Positions 1 through 6,772 of a DNA stretch of 30,112 nucleotides are shown here, piece after piece (position 1 is the first letter of the stretch; every line of letters begins with the position of its first letter). The notes beneath the pieces were generated by a model, which did no database searches, had not been told where the DNA came from, and saw only the letters and a program-made list of their open reading frames with translations. This stretch comes from a virus (taxonomy: Duplodnaviria > Caudoviricetes): the IMG/VR virus record IMGVR_UViG_3300030372_001278, positions 1-30,112 of that record. One strand, given 5' to 3'. The position numbers were made by a program, and so were the translations under genes.

Positions 1-509
1 GTAGTTGTTGTAGTTGTTGTACTTGTATCAGTACAAGTATTATTTGGTGCAGTCCATGATCCTAAATTAATAAAAGGCAGTTGATTTGGTATTGTTATAG
101 ATTGTTCTGTTGTTAATGTACTGAAACTGTTATCTGTATCATTATCTGATCTAATTTTTGTTCTAAATGTACCATAAGGATTTTCAAAGTATGTTTGTAA
201 ATCTTCTAAAGAAAAAACATGGTATTGCCATGATAAATTATTCCCATGTCCAAAGGATGTGGAGATACAAAATGAAGAGGATGTATCTAATTCATTATCG
301 CTTATTGTGAACCATATTGTATATTTTTCTGGAGGACTATCTTCAAATCCATCAGATGAATATATACCAATAGTTAGATCTCCAGTTGAAGTATCTAATG
401 CTATTGATTGATCGTATGGTGGCTGTGTAGGTACATGATCTGCTAAAACACTTGTAGGGCAAATAAGACATAAAGCAAAAACAATTCTACTTAACCTCCG
501 GAACAACAA
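1..509 (-). CDS. N-terminal part of a large secreted/surface protein (continues across the contig junction into 30112..28162)
   Basis: Not in the ORF track. Manual translation from TTG 509 (or 506): MLFRRLSRIVFALCLICPTSVLA-DHVPTQPPYDQSIALD...TCTDTSTTTTTT, open to base 1. Basic N-terminus, hydrophobic core and V-L-A end resemble a Sec signal peptide. AC at bases 2-1 plus A from 30112 gives an in-frame Thr codon. Confidence 0.8.
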   Translation of the reverse strand, partial: MLFRRLSRIVFALCLICPTSVLADHVPTQPPYDQSIALDTSTGDLTIGIYSSDGFEDSPPEKYTIWFTISDNELDTSSSFCISTSFGHGNNLSWQYHVFSLEDLQTYFENPYGTFRTKIRSDNDTDNSFSTLTTEQSITIPNQLPFINLGSWTAPNNTCTDTSTTTTTT

Positions 510-529
510 CCCTGCCCACAACAGTCCAT
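491..529 (-). CDS. 12-aa Cys/Gly micropeptide MDCCGQGCCSGG
   Basis: ATG 529 to TAA 491, preceded by GAGGGGG-N6 (SD-like) directly after the stop of the upstream gene; overlaps the start of the large surface gene. Confidence 0.5.
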   Translation of the reverse strand: MDCCGQGCCSGG

Positions 530-540
530 TTCAAGCCCCC

Positions 541-726
541 TCACATCATATTCCTTAGAAGAACAGCAAATGAAATGATTACCCCTGTGTAACTAAAAAA
601 CTCTGATTTTGATAGTTTTGTGTTTGTCTTTTCGTGTAATTCATCAATACGCTGATTTATTTCCCGCTGGCCCTGAATCACAAGCATAATCAATTCTTTT
701 GAAGTCATTCCATTATTTTCTACCAT
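541..726 (-). CDS. Small coiled-coil protein with C-terminal TM helix
   Basis: ORF track 61 aa; helical segment QREINQRIDELHEK followed by hydrophobic FFSYTGVIISFAVLL. Confidence 0.7.
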   Translation of the reverse strand: MVENNGMTSKELIMLVIQGQREINQRIDELHEKTNTKLSKSEFFSYTGVIISFAVLLRNMM

Positions 727-730
727 GTTT

Positions 731-940
731 CTAATGTACTTTAAAAACTAAATATTCTGAAATTTTGAGTTTATTTTTGTTATTTTCTTCCTGTATAAGA
801 TAAGCAGTTGATCCATACCTTTTATTTATCTTTACAATAACAGAACCATATCTCCATTTTATATCTTGATCTGGTGTTAGGAAATCAGTACCAGCTTCAA
901 CAAATCTTACTTTTTCGTTTTTTTTAAATTCAGTCATCAT
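731..940 (-). CDS. Hypothetical protein, possibly a small SH3/KOW-like beta-barrel
   Basis: 69 aa; FKKNEKVRF...YGSVIV...YLI pattern; tightly packed with neighbours. Confidence 0.6.
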   Translation of the reverse strand: MMTEFKKNEKVRFVEAGTDFLTPDQDIKWRYGSVIVKINKRYGSTAYLIQEENNKNKLKISEYLVFKVH

Positions 941-1346
941 CCAGAAAGTAATGCATTCGTTTAGCAGCTTTCCGATATTCAGATTCCCTTATAGCTTTTT
1001 TAAGAAGTTTTTCTTCTTCTTTCCTTAATTCTTGTGTAACTGAAAAAAGTATATTTAATAGATCTTCATATCCAATATCCCATAAGGATTGTGATGATAC
1101 TTTTGTTTCTGTAAACATATTGAATAAATCTTTTTTTGTGTAAACAATATGCCATCTTGAATCAATGTTTTTTATTTTTACATCAAATTCAATACCACCA
1201 AAGTGATCATTAAATAAAGGATGAGAAAAAAGAGGATCTATCTCATATTTTTTTTCAATTCTATTCCATAAACCAACATCTATGAGGTGTCTTTTCAGAA
1301 TCTCATATCCCCTGTTTATTTCATCAGAATAAGGTGCTGCGCTCAT
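930..1346 (-). CDS. Hypothetical protein
   Basis: Track ORF 930..1403; ATG 1346 (MSAAPYSD) preferred because it reduces overlap with the upstream gene. Confidence 0.7.
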   Translation of the reverse strand: MSAAPYSDEINRGYEILKRHLIDVGLWNRIEKKYEIDPLFSHPLFNDHFGGIEFDVKIKNIDSRWHIVYTKKDLFNMFTETKVSSQSLWDIGYEDLLNILFSVTQELRKEEEKLLKKAIRESEYRKAAKRMHYFLDDD

Positions 1347-1572
1347 AATTTGGTGTAATAACTGTAAGTTTATACATGAACAATCTATGATCATGTAACT
1401 CACATTTTTTACCCTGTATATCTATATCACAACCACGCACTTTTTCCCTTTTTACTTCCGATATTCTTTGTGCATAGTCTTTGATAAAGTGTTCTCTAAG
1501 AAATATTGAGCTACAAACCCAATTATCTTGATTCCTTATCAATATATTTTTAATTGTTTCTTTATCTGTCAT
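1324..1572 (-). CDS. Small winged-helix DNA-binding protein (HTH_39-like)
   Basis: AQRISEVK resembles the AARIxELR motif, C-terminal YKL strand; SD GGAGGTTGA at 1584-1576. Confidence 0.6.
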   Translation of the reverse strand: MTDKETIKNILIRNQDNWVCSSIFLREHFIKDYAQRISEVKREKVRGCDIDIQGKKCELHDHRLFMYKLTVITPNYERSTLF

Positions 1573-1583
1573 TGTTCAACCTC

Positions 1584-2288
1584 CTACCCAAACAGATTTA
1601 ATTGTTTATCCATGTCTTTAAAATCCACATCATAATTCTTATTATCGCCTTTAGGATATTTTAGTATTTCTAATTTAAAGTGATTCATAATATCTTTTTT
1701 TTCTCTTTTTGATCCAACTATATAAACATATCTGTATTTACCATCAATATTCTTTTTTCTTAGATTATAAAAACCAATTATGTCTTGATTAGTAACTTCA
1801 TGTTTACCTATTTGTTTTTTAAATGATGAACTGTGTTTTTTGTGTCTAAAATTTTTAAAATGAAACTCTTTACCATCAGGATATGTATATTGAACTGTAT
1901 TTGAACTTTTACCTGTGTACATGAAGTTAGTAGCTTGATATATATAACCATGATGTCCTGAATTTGGATCAGCAAAACTAACAATAATAATTGGTTTAGG
2001 TAATAATTTAAAAGATTTAGCAACAAATGTTGATAATACATTTTTTGGTAAATTGTTTTCTGTAATCAATCTGTTTAACTCATAAACTATACTTTTATAT
2101 TTAGATCCAGCTATTGATTCAGCTAATGTTGCTGATGGACTCATTCCATAAGTAACAACTCCAGATATATCCCCATCTAAATACAGACCAAAAGCATGAG
2201 ATACTTGACACATCCTTTTAGCATAGTGTTTATTCATTATCCAATCTTGATAAACATTTTTAGGAACTTTTTGAACTAATATATCCAT
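1584..2288 (-). CDS. mom: Mom-family (GNAT-fold) DNA adenine modification enzyme
   Basis: Motifs KHYAK, GVVTYG, ELNRL, IVSFAD, GHHGYIYQATNFMYTG characteristic of Mu Mom-like proteins. Confidence 0.8.
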   Translation of the reverse strand: MDILVQKVPKNVYQDWIMNKHYAKRMCQVSHAFGLYLDGDISGVVTYGMSPSATLAESIAGSKYKSIVYELNRLITENNLPKNVLSTFVAKSFKLLPKPIIIVSFADPNSGHHGYIYQATNFMYTGKSSNTVQYTYPDGKEFHFKNFRHKKHSSSFKKQIGKHEVTNQDIIGFYNLRKKNIDGKYRYVYIVGSKREKKDIMNHFKLEILKYPKGDNKNYDVDFKDMDKQLNLFG

Positions 2289-2289
2289 T

Positions 2290-2928
2290 TTATCCCCATT
2301 GATCTGCCATAGCTCCTGCTATACCTGAAAAAGTTCTACTTCTAGCTTTTGCTTTTTCATTATTAGGTAATTTGTAAGTGTCATAATAAAACTTACTCCA
2401 TCTTCTGTTTTTTGTATATACCCACTCTGGTTCAACGATATTTGTTGGATTTAACTTATCTAAATTTTTTAACCATAAGCAAGTTGTTTTAGTAGTTGGA
2501 TGTCCAAATTCATAAGGTTGTATAATTTGATCCGGCTTTCTTATTTTGGTACTTATAACACTTATTGGATTTTCTAAAGCAATTTTTTTAATAGGAGCAT
2601 TAAATAGTAATTTAACAAATTCCAGTGCTTCATCTTGTAGTTGTCTCCTGTTAGGATGTTTTGGATGTGGTCTCCTATCGTTATAATCTAAATGTTTATC
2701 CTCTGGATGATAAAACCATCTAGCACCACTAACTGATAAATAAGTACATGGAGGATGAGCAATCAATAAATCCCAATCATCATCCAAAATATCTTTTACA
2801 TCTCCTTGATAATGTTTTCCTAAATCACTTTCACTAGACAAAATATCACAACTTATTGCATCATGTCCTCTTTTCAAAAATGCATCTCTAACAACTCCTG
2901 AATATTCACAAGCAACTAAAACTTTCAT
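2290..2928 (-). CDS. Short phage-type DNA cytosine-5 methyltransferase
   Basis: MKVLVACEYSG (motif I variant), DLLIAHPPCTYL (catalytic PC), IALENP (motif VI); ATG 2928 overlaps the upstream TGA (ATGA). Confidence 0.8.
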   Translation of the reverse strand: MKVLVACEYSGVVRDAFLKRGHDAISCDILSSESDLGKHYQGDVKDILDDDWDLLIAHPPCTYLSVSGARWFYHPEDKHLDYNDRRPHPKHPNRRQLQDEALEFVKLLFNAPIKKIALENPISVISTKIRKPDQIIQPYEFGHPTTKTTCLWLKNLDKLNPTNIVEPEWVYTKNRRWSKFYYDTYKLPNNEKAKARSRTFSGIAGAMADQWG

Positions 2929-3341
2929 CTTTGATACTTTCCCCAACAATGTTTAGAACTATTCCAATGATGCCAACCATCATATTTTGACAACCATCTT
3001 GCTGCTTTTATATTTGTAATTGGATCATACATATCTAGATCTTTTTTATATATATCATCCTCTAACCATTTTTCTGTACGATTATTGAACTGAAATAATC
3101 CCTGATCTATTGATCCATCTTTGTTATAACCTGTTGCGTTTGAATATCCGGATGATTCACAAAACACTATTGTAAGTGCAAGAGCAGAATCATCATGAAA
3201 TATATCGCTAATCAAAGGTATCCACTCTTGCACCTCCTCTACTATCTCACATTGTTGAACTGCAGTTGGTATGTCATTGGGCTGATATATGTGAAAGTTC
3301 AACTGCCCCAACAATGAACAAGATAATAAGAGATCAATCAT
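2925..3341 (-). CDS. SLT-type lytic transglycosylase (lysozyme fold)
   Basis: CESSG catalytic Glu, GLFQF, DPITNIKAA, GWHHW motifs; hydrophobic N-terminus. Confidence 0.85.
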   Translation of the reverse strand: MIDLLLSCSLLGQLNFHIYQPNDIPTAVQQCEIVEEVQEWIPLISDIFHDDSALALTIVFCESSGYSNATGYNKDGSIDQGLFQFNNRTEKWLEDDIYKKDLDMYDPITNIKAARWLSKYDGWHHWNSSKHCWGKYQR

Positions 3342-3502
3342 TCTTCTTTTTCATCTCCTTTTAAAAACATTTCACTCTTTACTTTCCAATTTGGATGTAT
3401 GTATTTTTTATCTTCATTGAACATTTTATATGCTTGAACTGCATCTTTTGCTAAATATGTTTTTTCTAATACAAGAATCATTCTATGTTTCTTTGGTTTC
3501 AT
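3338..3502 (-). CDS. Hypothetical 54-aa protein
   Basis: Manual: MKPKKHRMILVLEKTYLAKD...KGDEKEE*; ATGA overlaps at both ends fill the gap exactly. Confidence 0.75.
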   Translation of the reverse strand: MKPKKHRMILVLEKTYLAKDAVQAYKMFNEDKKYIHPNWKVKSEMFLKGDEKEE

Positions 3503-3750
3503 ATCGCCCACTCCAACAAATACTTCTTATGTTTTCTTGGTGTACCATCTAGATTAAGTTTAGCAACCATTTTTCCATCTTTACAATTACAATCTTCCAT
3601 CCATATATCCATAAATTCTTTCTTTTGAAGAACATAGACTTGTTGTCTTACTCTTTTTACATTACGATCTAGAGAACAAATTTCTCCCTCTAGTTCTAAA
3701 ACTGATCTAACTTTCTGTAAATCTGTTAATTTATTGTTATATATAAACAA
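3499..3750 (-). CDS. Hypothetical protein, possibly winged-helix with Cys/His ligands
   Basis: Track ORF 3499..3756; TTG 3750 is properly spaced from SD GGAGG (3761-3757). ICS...CNC...HKKYLL pattern. Confidence 0.65.
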   Translation of the reverse strand: MFIYNNKLTDLQKVRSVLELEGEICSLDRNVKRVRQQVYVLQKKEFMDIWMEDCNCKDGKMVAKLNLDGTPRKHKKYLLEWAI

Positions 3751-3780
3751 TTTCAACCTCCTTATTTTTTATATAATATC

Positions 3781-3864
3781 TTCTTTACTCTTCTCTGCTC
3801 TACTCTGCTCTGTATCATCACATTTGTAATACAGTTATGTAACAGTAACATCACAGTAACATCA
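3781..3864. repeat. Candidate replication origin: five phased 11-bp iteron-like units plus pentamer repeats
   Basis: ctgtatcatca, catttgtaata, cagttatgtaa, cagtaacatca, cagtaacatca at 3810-3864; 5-nt period ttctt/tactc/ttctc/tgctc/tactc/tgctc at 3781-3810; directly downstream of the initiator-like gene and next to an AT-rich tract. Confidence 0.5.
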
Positions 3865-4278
3865 CTCATCTATATCGTGTCCATGTAAGTCTTTCATAAT
3901 CTTTTTATATTTTTTTTGAGACTCCTGTTCTGCTTTTCTTTGTCTATATTCTTTTTGTCTTTTAGCATTCATCTTTCTGTACTTGTCTAATTGTGAATAT
4001 TTATCTTCCCAATCATGTACAAAATATCCAGATTTCTTTTTATCTATAAAACCAGAATCTACCATTTGTTCTAGTAGATCAACCCCATCCCAAACCTCAT
4101 TTTTAAGTAGTTCAGGATGAGGAATAAAGCCCGGTTTTTTACCAAATTCAAAAGAATATGCCCATAATTTTACTAATGATCCTATTGCTTCCATTTGGTT
4201 CAAACCATTAGATTTAGCGAACTGAATCAATTTAGGATTCCTAAGAAACGATATATCTACTTGTATCCAAGACATCAC
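3862..4278 (-). CDS. Replication initiator / replisome-organizer-like protein
   Basis: MSWIQVD..FLRNPK, AIGSLVKLW, VHDWED and basic NAKRQKEYRQRK helix typical of phage initiator N-terminal domains. Confidence 0.7.
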   Translation of the reverse strand: MMSWIQVDISFLRNPKLIQFAKSNGLNQMEAIGSLVKLWAYSFEFGKKPGFIPHPELLKNEVWDGVDLLEQMVDSGFIDKKKSGYFVHDWEDKYSQLDKYRKMNAKRQKEYRQRKAEQESQKKYKKIMKDLHGHDIDE

Positions 4279-4931
4279 TCTCCCTTATCATTATCAATCT
4301 GGGATAATGTTACTAAGTCTTGAATTTTATTCTTGATACTCTGCATATTATTAATGTTTACATCATTCTTAGATACATTCATCTCTCCTAATGCTTGAGC
4401 TGTATAAGATCTAGCTGATTCCAGATCATTACTACAAACAGATAAAGCAAATTCTTTGATATTGTCCATAATGTGTTGTTTTGAAGAACTTACATCATTT
4501 ACCTCAATGCCTTCATCTTTCATATCCTTTACAATGTTTTTATCTTTGTTCGGATACCCCTCATACTTGTATTTAACCGAATCTTGCGGCTTATTTGAGG
4601 TTTTAGGCGGCTTTTCTGGACTTTTATCCTTACTTGGTACAAATCCCTCCATTTCTTCGTATAATGGTTTTTCGGAGAATAAAACTCTTAAACATCTCCC
4701 TCTTGCAACCGATTCTGCCTTTTCTAGTTTCTTTTCTTTTGTCATATTCTCTGCACCATATCCGGTACATTTCACAACATCTTCATCTCCAAGATAAAGA
4801 CTTGCCTTAAATATAACTTTGTCTCCAACCATTGATTCTAAATTTGTAACCAGTCTTGACTCCGGATACTCTTCATTTAATCTTTTTATTAGATCATCTA
4901 CCTTTACATAATCTTCTAAAAAATTTGCCAT
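4275..4931 (-). CDS. Single-strand annealing protein (Rad52/Sak-like)
   Basis: LEDYVKV..IKRL.EEYP, VIFKASLY, TGYGAE, LEKAESVARGRCL motifs; low-complexity linker and C-terminal helical domain. Confidence 0.65.
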   Translation of the reverse strand: MANFLEDYVKVDDLIKRLNEEYPESRLVTNLESMVGDKVIFKASLYLGDEDVVKCTGYGAENMTKEKKLEKAESVARGRCLRVLFSEKPLYEEMEGFVPSKDKSPEKPPKTSNKPQDSVKYKYEGYPNKDKNIVKDMKDEGIEVNDVSSSKQHIMDNIKEFALSVCSNDLESARSYTAQALGEMNVSKNDVNINNMQSIKNKIQDLVTLSQIDNDKGE

Positions 4932-5140
4932 TACTTCCTCCTTTTACTTATGAATTGAAGATCTTTAGATCCATCCCAACTCATATTATTTTGTGCGTAA
5001 TATTCTGCGATTTGAAAACCATGATCAGTTTCTATCTCATAGATTTTTTTACCCCAAATATTACTTTTATAACTAAATTTATAGATCCAAGTGTTTTTGT
5101 TTGTATATCTTGGACTATATGGAGAATCCCTGTACACCAT
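4931..5140 (-). CDS. Hypothetical protein
   Basis: 69 aa; TAATG coupling at both ends. Confidence 0.7.
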   Translation of the reverse strand: MVYRDSPYSPRYTNKNTWIYKFSYKSNIWGKKIYEIETDHGFQIAEYYAQNNMSWDGSKDLQFISKRRK

Positions 5141-5310
5141 TAGAAAATATTCTTTTTGGTAAGAGTTTCTCCTCTTTGTAATCTACTCATCCAATCTGTT
5201 CTCTCTAATCTCTTTTCTGATACCCATAAGGATATGTAACAAAGAGTTAAAAAGAAAGATATGAACCCATAGACAACAAAGAATAAGTAGATCCATTCTT
5301 GAATCATCAT
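5140..5310 (-). CDS. 56-aa single-pass membrane protein
   Basis: Manual: MMIQEWIYLFFVVYGFISFFLTLCYISLWVSEKRLERTDW...KNIF*; SD AAGGAGG upstream; stop overlaps next ATG. Confidence 0.8.
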   Translation of the reverse strand: MMIQEWIYLFFVVYGFISFFLTLCYISLWVSEKRLERTDWMSRLQRGETLTKKNIF

Positions 5311-5326
5311 ATTTATCAACCTCCTT

Positions 5327-5593
5327 TTAAAATTGTAATCTTCTTCTTATTTCTCTATTTACTATTTGTTTTATTCTAATTTTATCTTTATCAGAAATGT
5401 GTATATCTTCCATAATTTTATTAAAAATACTCCACATATCAGATGAAATCTCTCCATAAACATCAAAATTTCTTTGTGTTTGTGTTGTGTACTGAAACCG
5501 ATCTCTTAGAAGTTTATCTACTTCTTTTCTGATCTGTTCAGTTCTTCTATCTGACTCATCTGTTCTTTTTCTACTTTTATAGAAACTACTCAT
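5327..5593 (-). CDS. Hypothetical protein, first gene of the early operon
   Basis: Track ORF 5327..5641; ATG 5593 follows GGAGG (ATG 5605 is a leaderless alternative); the track's longer N-terminus overlaps the promoter. Confidence 0.7.
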   Translation of the reverse strand: MSSFYKSRKRTDESDRRTEQIRKEVDKLLRDRFQYTTQTQRNFDVYGEISSDMWSIFNKIMEDIHISDKDKIRIKQIVNREIRRRLQF

Positions 5594-5611
5594 ATCAACC
5601 TCCATAATTTC

Positions 5612-5641
5612 ATTATATACACAATAATAAAAATTTGTCAT
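5612..5641 (-). promoter_or_regulatory. Sigma70-type promoter for the early operon
   Basis: ATGACA (5641-5636)-N18-TATAAT (5617-5612). Confidence 0.6.
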
Positions 5642-5662
5642 CAGTTTTGTGAAAATTTGTCA
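5630..5662. promoter_or_regulatory. 11-bp direct repeat aaaatttgtca x2 (operator-like)
   Basis: Identical copies at 5630-5640 and 5652-5662, 22 bp apart; one overlaps the -35 element. Confidence 0.5.
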
Positions 5663-5690
5663 AAGTCATAATATATACTTATTAACACTA

Positions 5691-5785
5691 TTAAGAACAG
5701 GAAAACTCCCCTATATACGATATGAGTTATCAACCTCCGGTTCTTAAAAATAAAAGAGGAGATCTACAAAGATCTCCTCTTTTTG
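5691..5785 (+). ncRNA. Candidate structured small RNA carrying an anti-SD sequence
   Basis: Nested stems ttaagaac/gttcttaa (5691-98/5740-47), aactc/gagtt (5704-08/5724-28), atat/atat; contains ttatcaacctcc; ends in the terminator hairpin with a U-tract. No ORF here. Confidence 0.4.
5752..5784. terminator. Bidirectional intrinsic terminator
   Basis: Perfect 14-bp inverted repeat aaaagaggagatct-acaa-agatctcctctttt with T-runs on both strands, at the end of the late/lysis gene run. Confidence 0.85.
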
Positions 5786-5818
5786 TTAGAATCCTAAAAG
5801 TTTTAAGCTATTGCTAGT

Positions 5819-5965
5819 CTAAAATCCATTAAGTTCCTGATCTAATTCTAACAATAATTTATCGTTTTTGTTTTCTAAGTATTCAATTAAATCAAATAGT
5901 TCATAATAGAATATCTTTAAAAGATTACGAACATCTAACTTAAATTGTACCCAAGTTTTACTCAA
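5819..5965 (-). CDS. Hypothetical 48-aa protein
   Basis: Manual: TTG overlapping holin TGA; MSKTWVQFKLDVRNLLKIFYYELFDLIEYLENKNDKLLLELDQELNGF*; GAGGG upstream. Confidence 0.6.
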   Translation of the reverse strand: MSKTWVQFKLDVRNLLKIFYYELFDLIEYLENKNDKLLLELDQELNGF

Positions 5966-6183
5966 ACACCCTCAAATGTTTGCTGAGGTTTGTATTGTTC
6001 AAGTGCATGCTGTAAAACTGTCAATGCGCTAGTAGCGAAACTGACAAGCAAGACTTGTGATAGATCGGCATCTATGATGCCCATATTTGAGCTAAGGTAT
6101 AATCCGATGCTTGACTGGCAGCCAGTTCGCAGCGCCTTTGCAATCATGAACTTCCAATATGCCCACCATTTTTTTTCTTTCAT
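5962..6183 (-). CDS. Holin (r1t-like)
   Basis: W..MIAKALRTGCQ resembles the RAxKTxxQ motif; two hydrophobic segments; follows the candidate lysin. Confidence 0.6.
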   Translation of the reverse strand: MKEKKWWAYWKFMIAKALRTGCQSSIGLYLSSNMGIIDADLSQVLLVSFATSALTVLQHALEQYKPQQTFEGV

Positions 6184-6190
6184 ATTTCTC

Positions 6191-6769
6191 CTAATCTACT
6201 TGAAGTCCTTTTATGATCCAAGCTTTCCTTAGAGCTGTTAATTCTTTTTTGATTTGTTGAAGTTCTTCTAATACATTATCTTCTGATCCAGAATTTGATT
6301 TAGTTACCACCTCTTCAATCTCTCCATCAAAATCAATGTAATTTACTAATACCTTTTTTCCTGATTCTATAACAGGAGCAACATACTTGTAAACCTCTTT
6401 ATATGCATCTGTGCTACTTCCTATGAACCCATCTTGTGATGTTTTTCCAAGTAACAGGCAGCCGCTGGTGTCATCATCATCATTGCCAATATGCCATAAA
6501 ATATATTTAAAATTAGGAACATCATCAACATGAATCATACCCATGTGGAATGAGAACTTATTTGAATATCGTGAATGAAAACCGCCTTCTTTTCTTAAAG
6601 ACAAGTTGTATTCGCCAGCTGGTATTCTAGTTTCTCCTGCTACTTTTTTTGTTCTAGCTTCATCTTCTAATGTGTACGAAAGAAATTTACGCGTGTTATT
6701 AGACACATCAAAAAGGATTCCATTTGTGAAATCATCAGAACTGTTAAATCTTAATACTTCAAGTTTCAT
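6191..6769 (-). CDS. DUF5675-family protein, candidate endolysin
   Basis: TNG.L, YTLED, TRIPAGEY, VPNFKYILWHIGN, DTSGCLLLG motifs. Confidence 0.75.
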   Translation of the reverse strand: MKLEVLRFNSSDDFTNGILFDVSNNTRKFLSYTLEDEARTKKVAGETRIPAGEYNLSLRKEGGFHSRYSNKFSFHMGMIHVDDVPNFKYILWHIGNDDDDTSGCLLLGKTSQDGFIGSSTDAYKEVYKYVAPVIESGKKVLVNYIDFDGEIEEVVTKSNSGSEDNVLEELQQIKKELTALRKAWIIKGLQVD

Positions 6770-6772
6770 AAT

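Noticed and set aside
1808-2041. 77-aa minus-strand ORF inside the Mom-like gene
   Set aside because: Alternate-frame by-product with no SD or motif.
5691-5785. tRNA or attP site in the control region
   Set aside because: No cloverleaf, T-loop or CCA end; no integrase recognised in the genome.
5801-5824. Small GCAA-tetraloop hairpin after the 48-aa gene
   Set aside because: Weak AU-rich stem; the strong terminator just downstream already accounts for termination.
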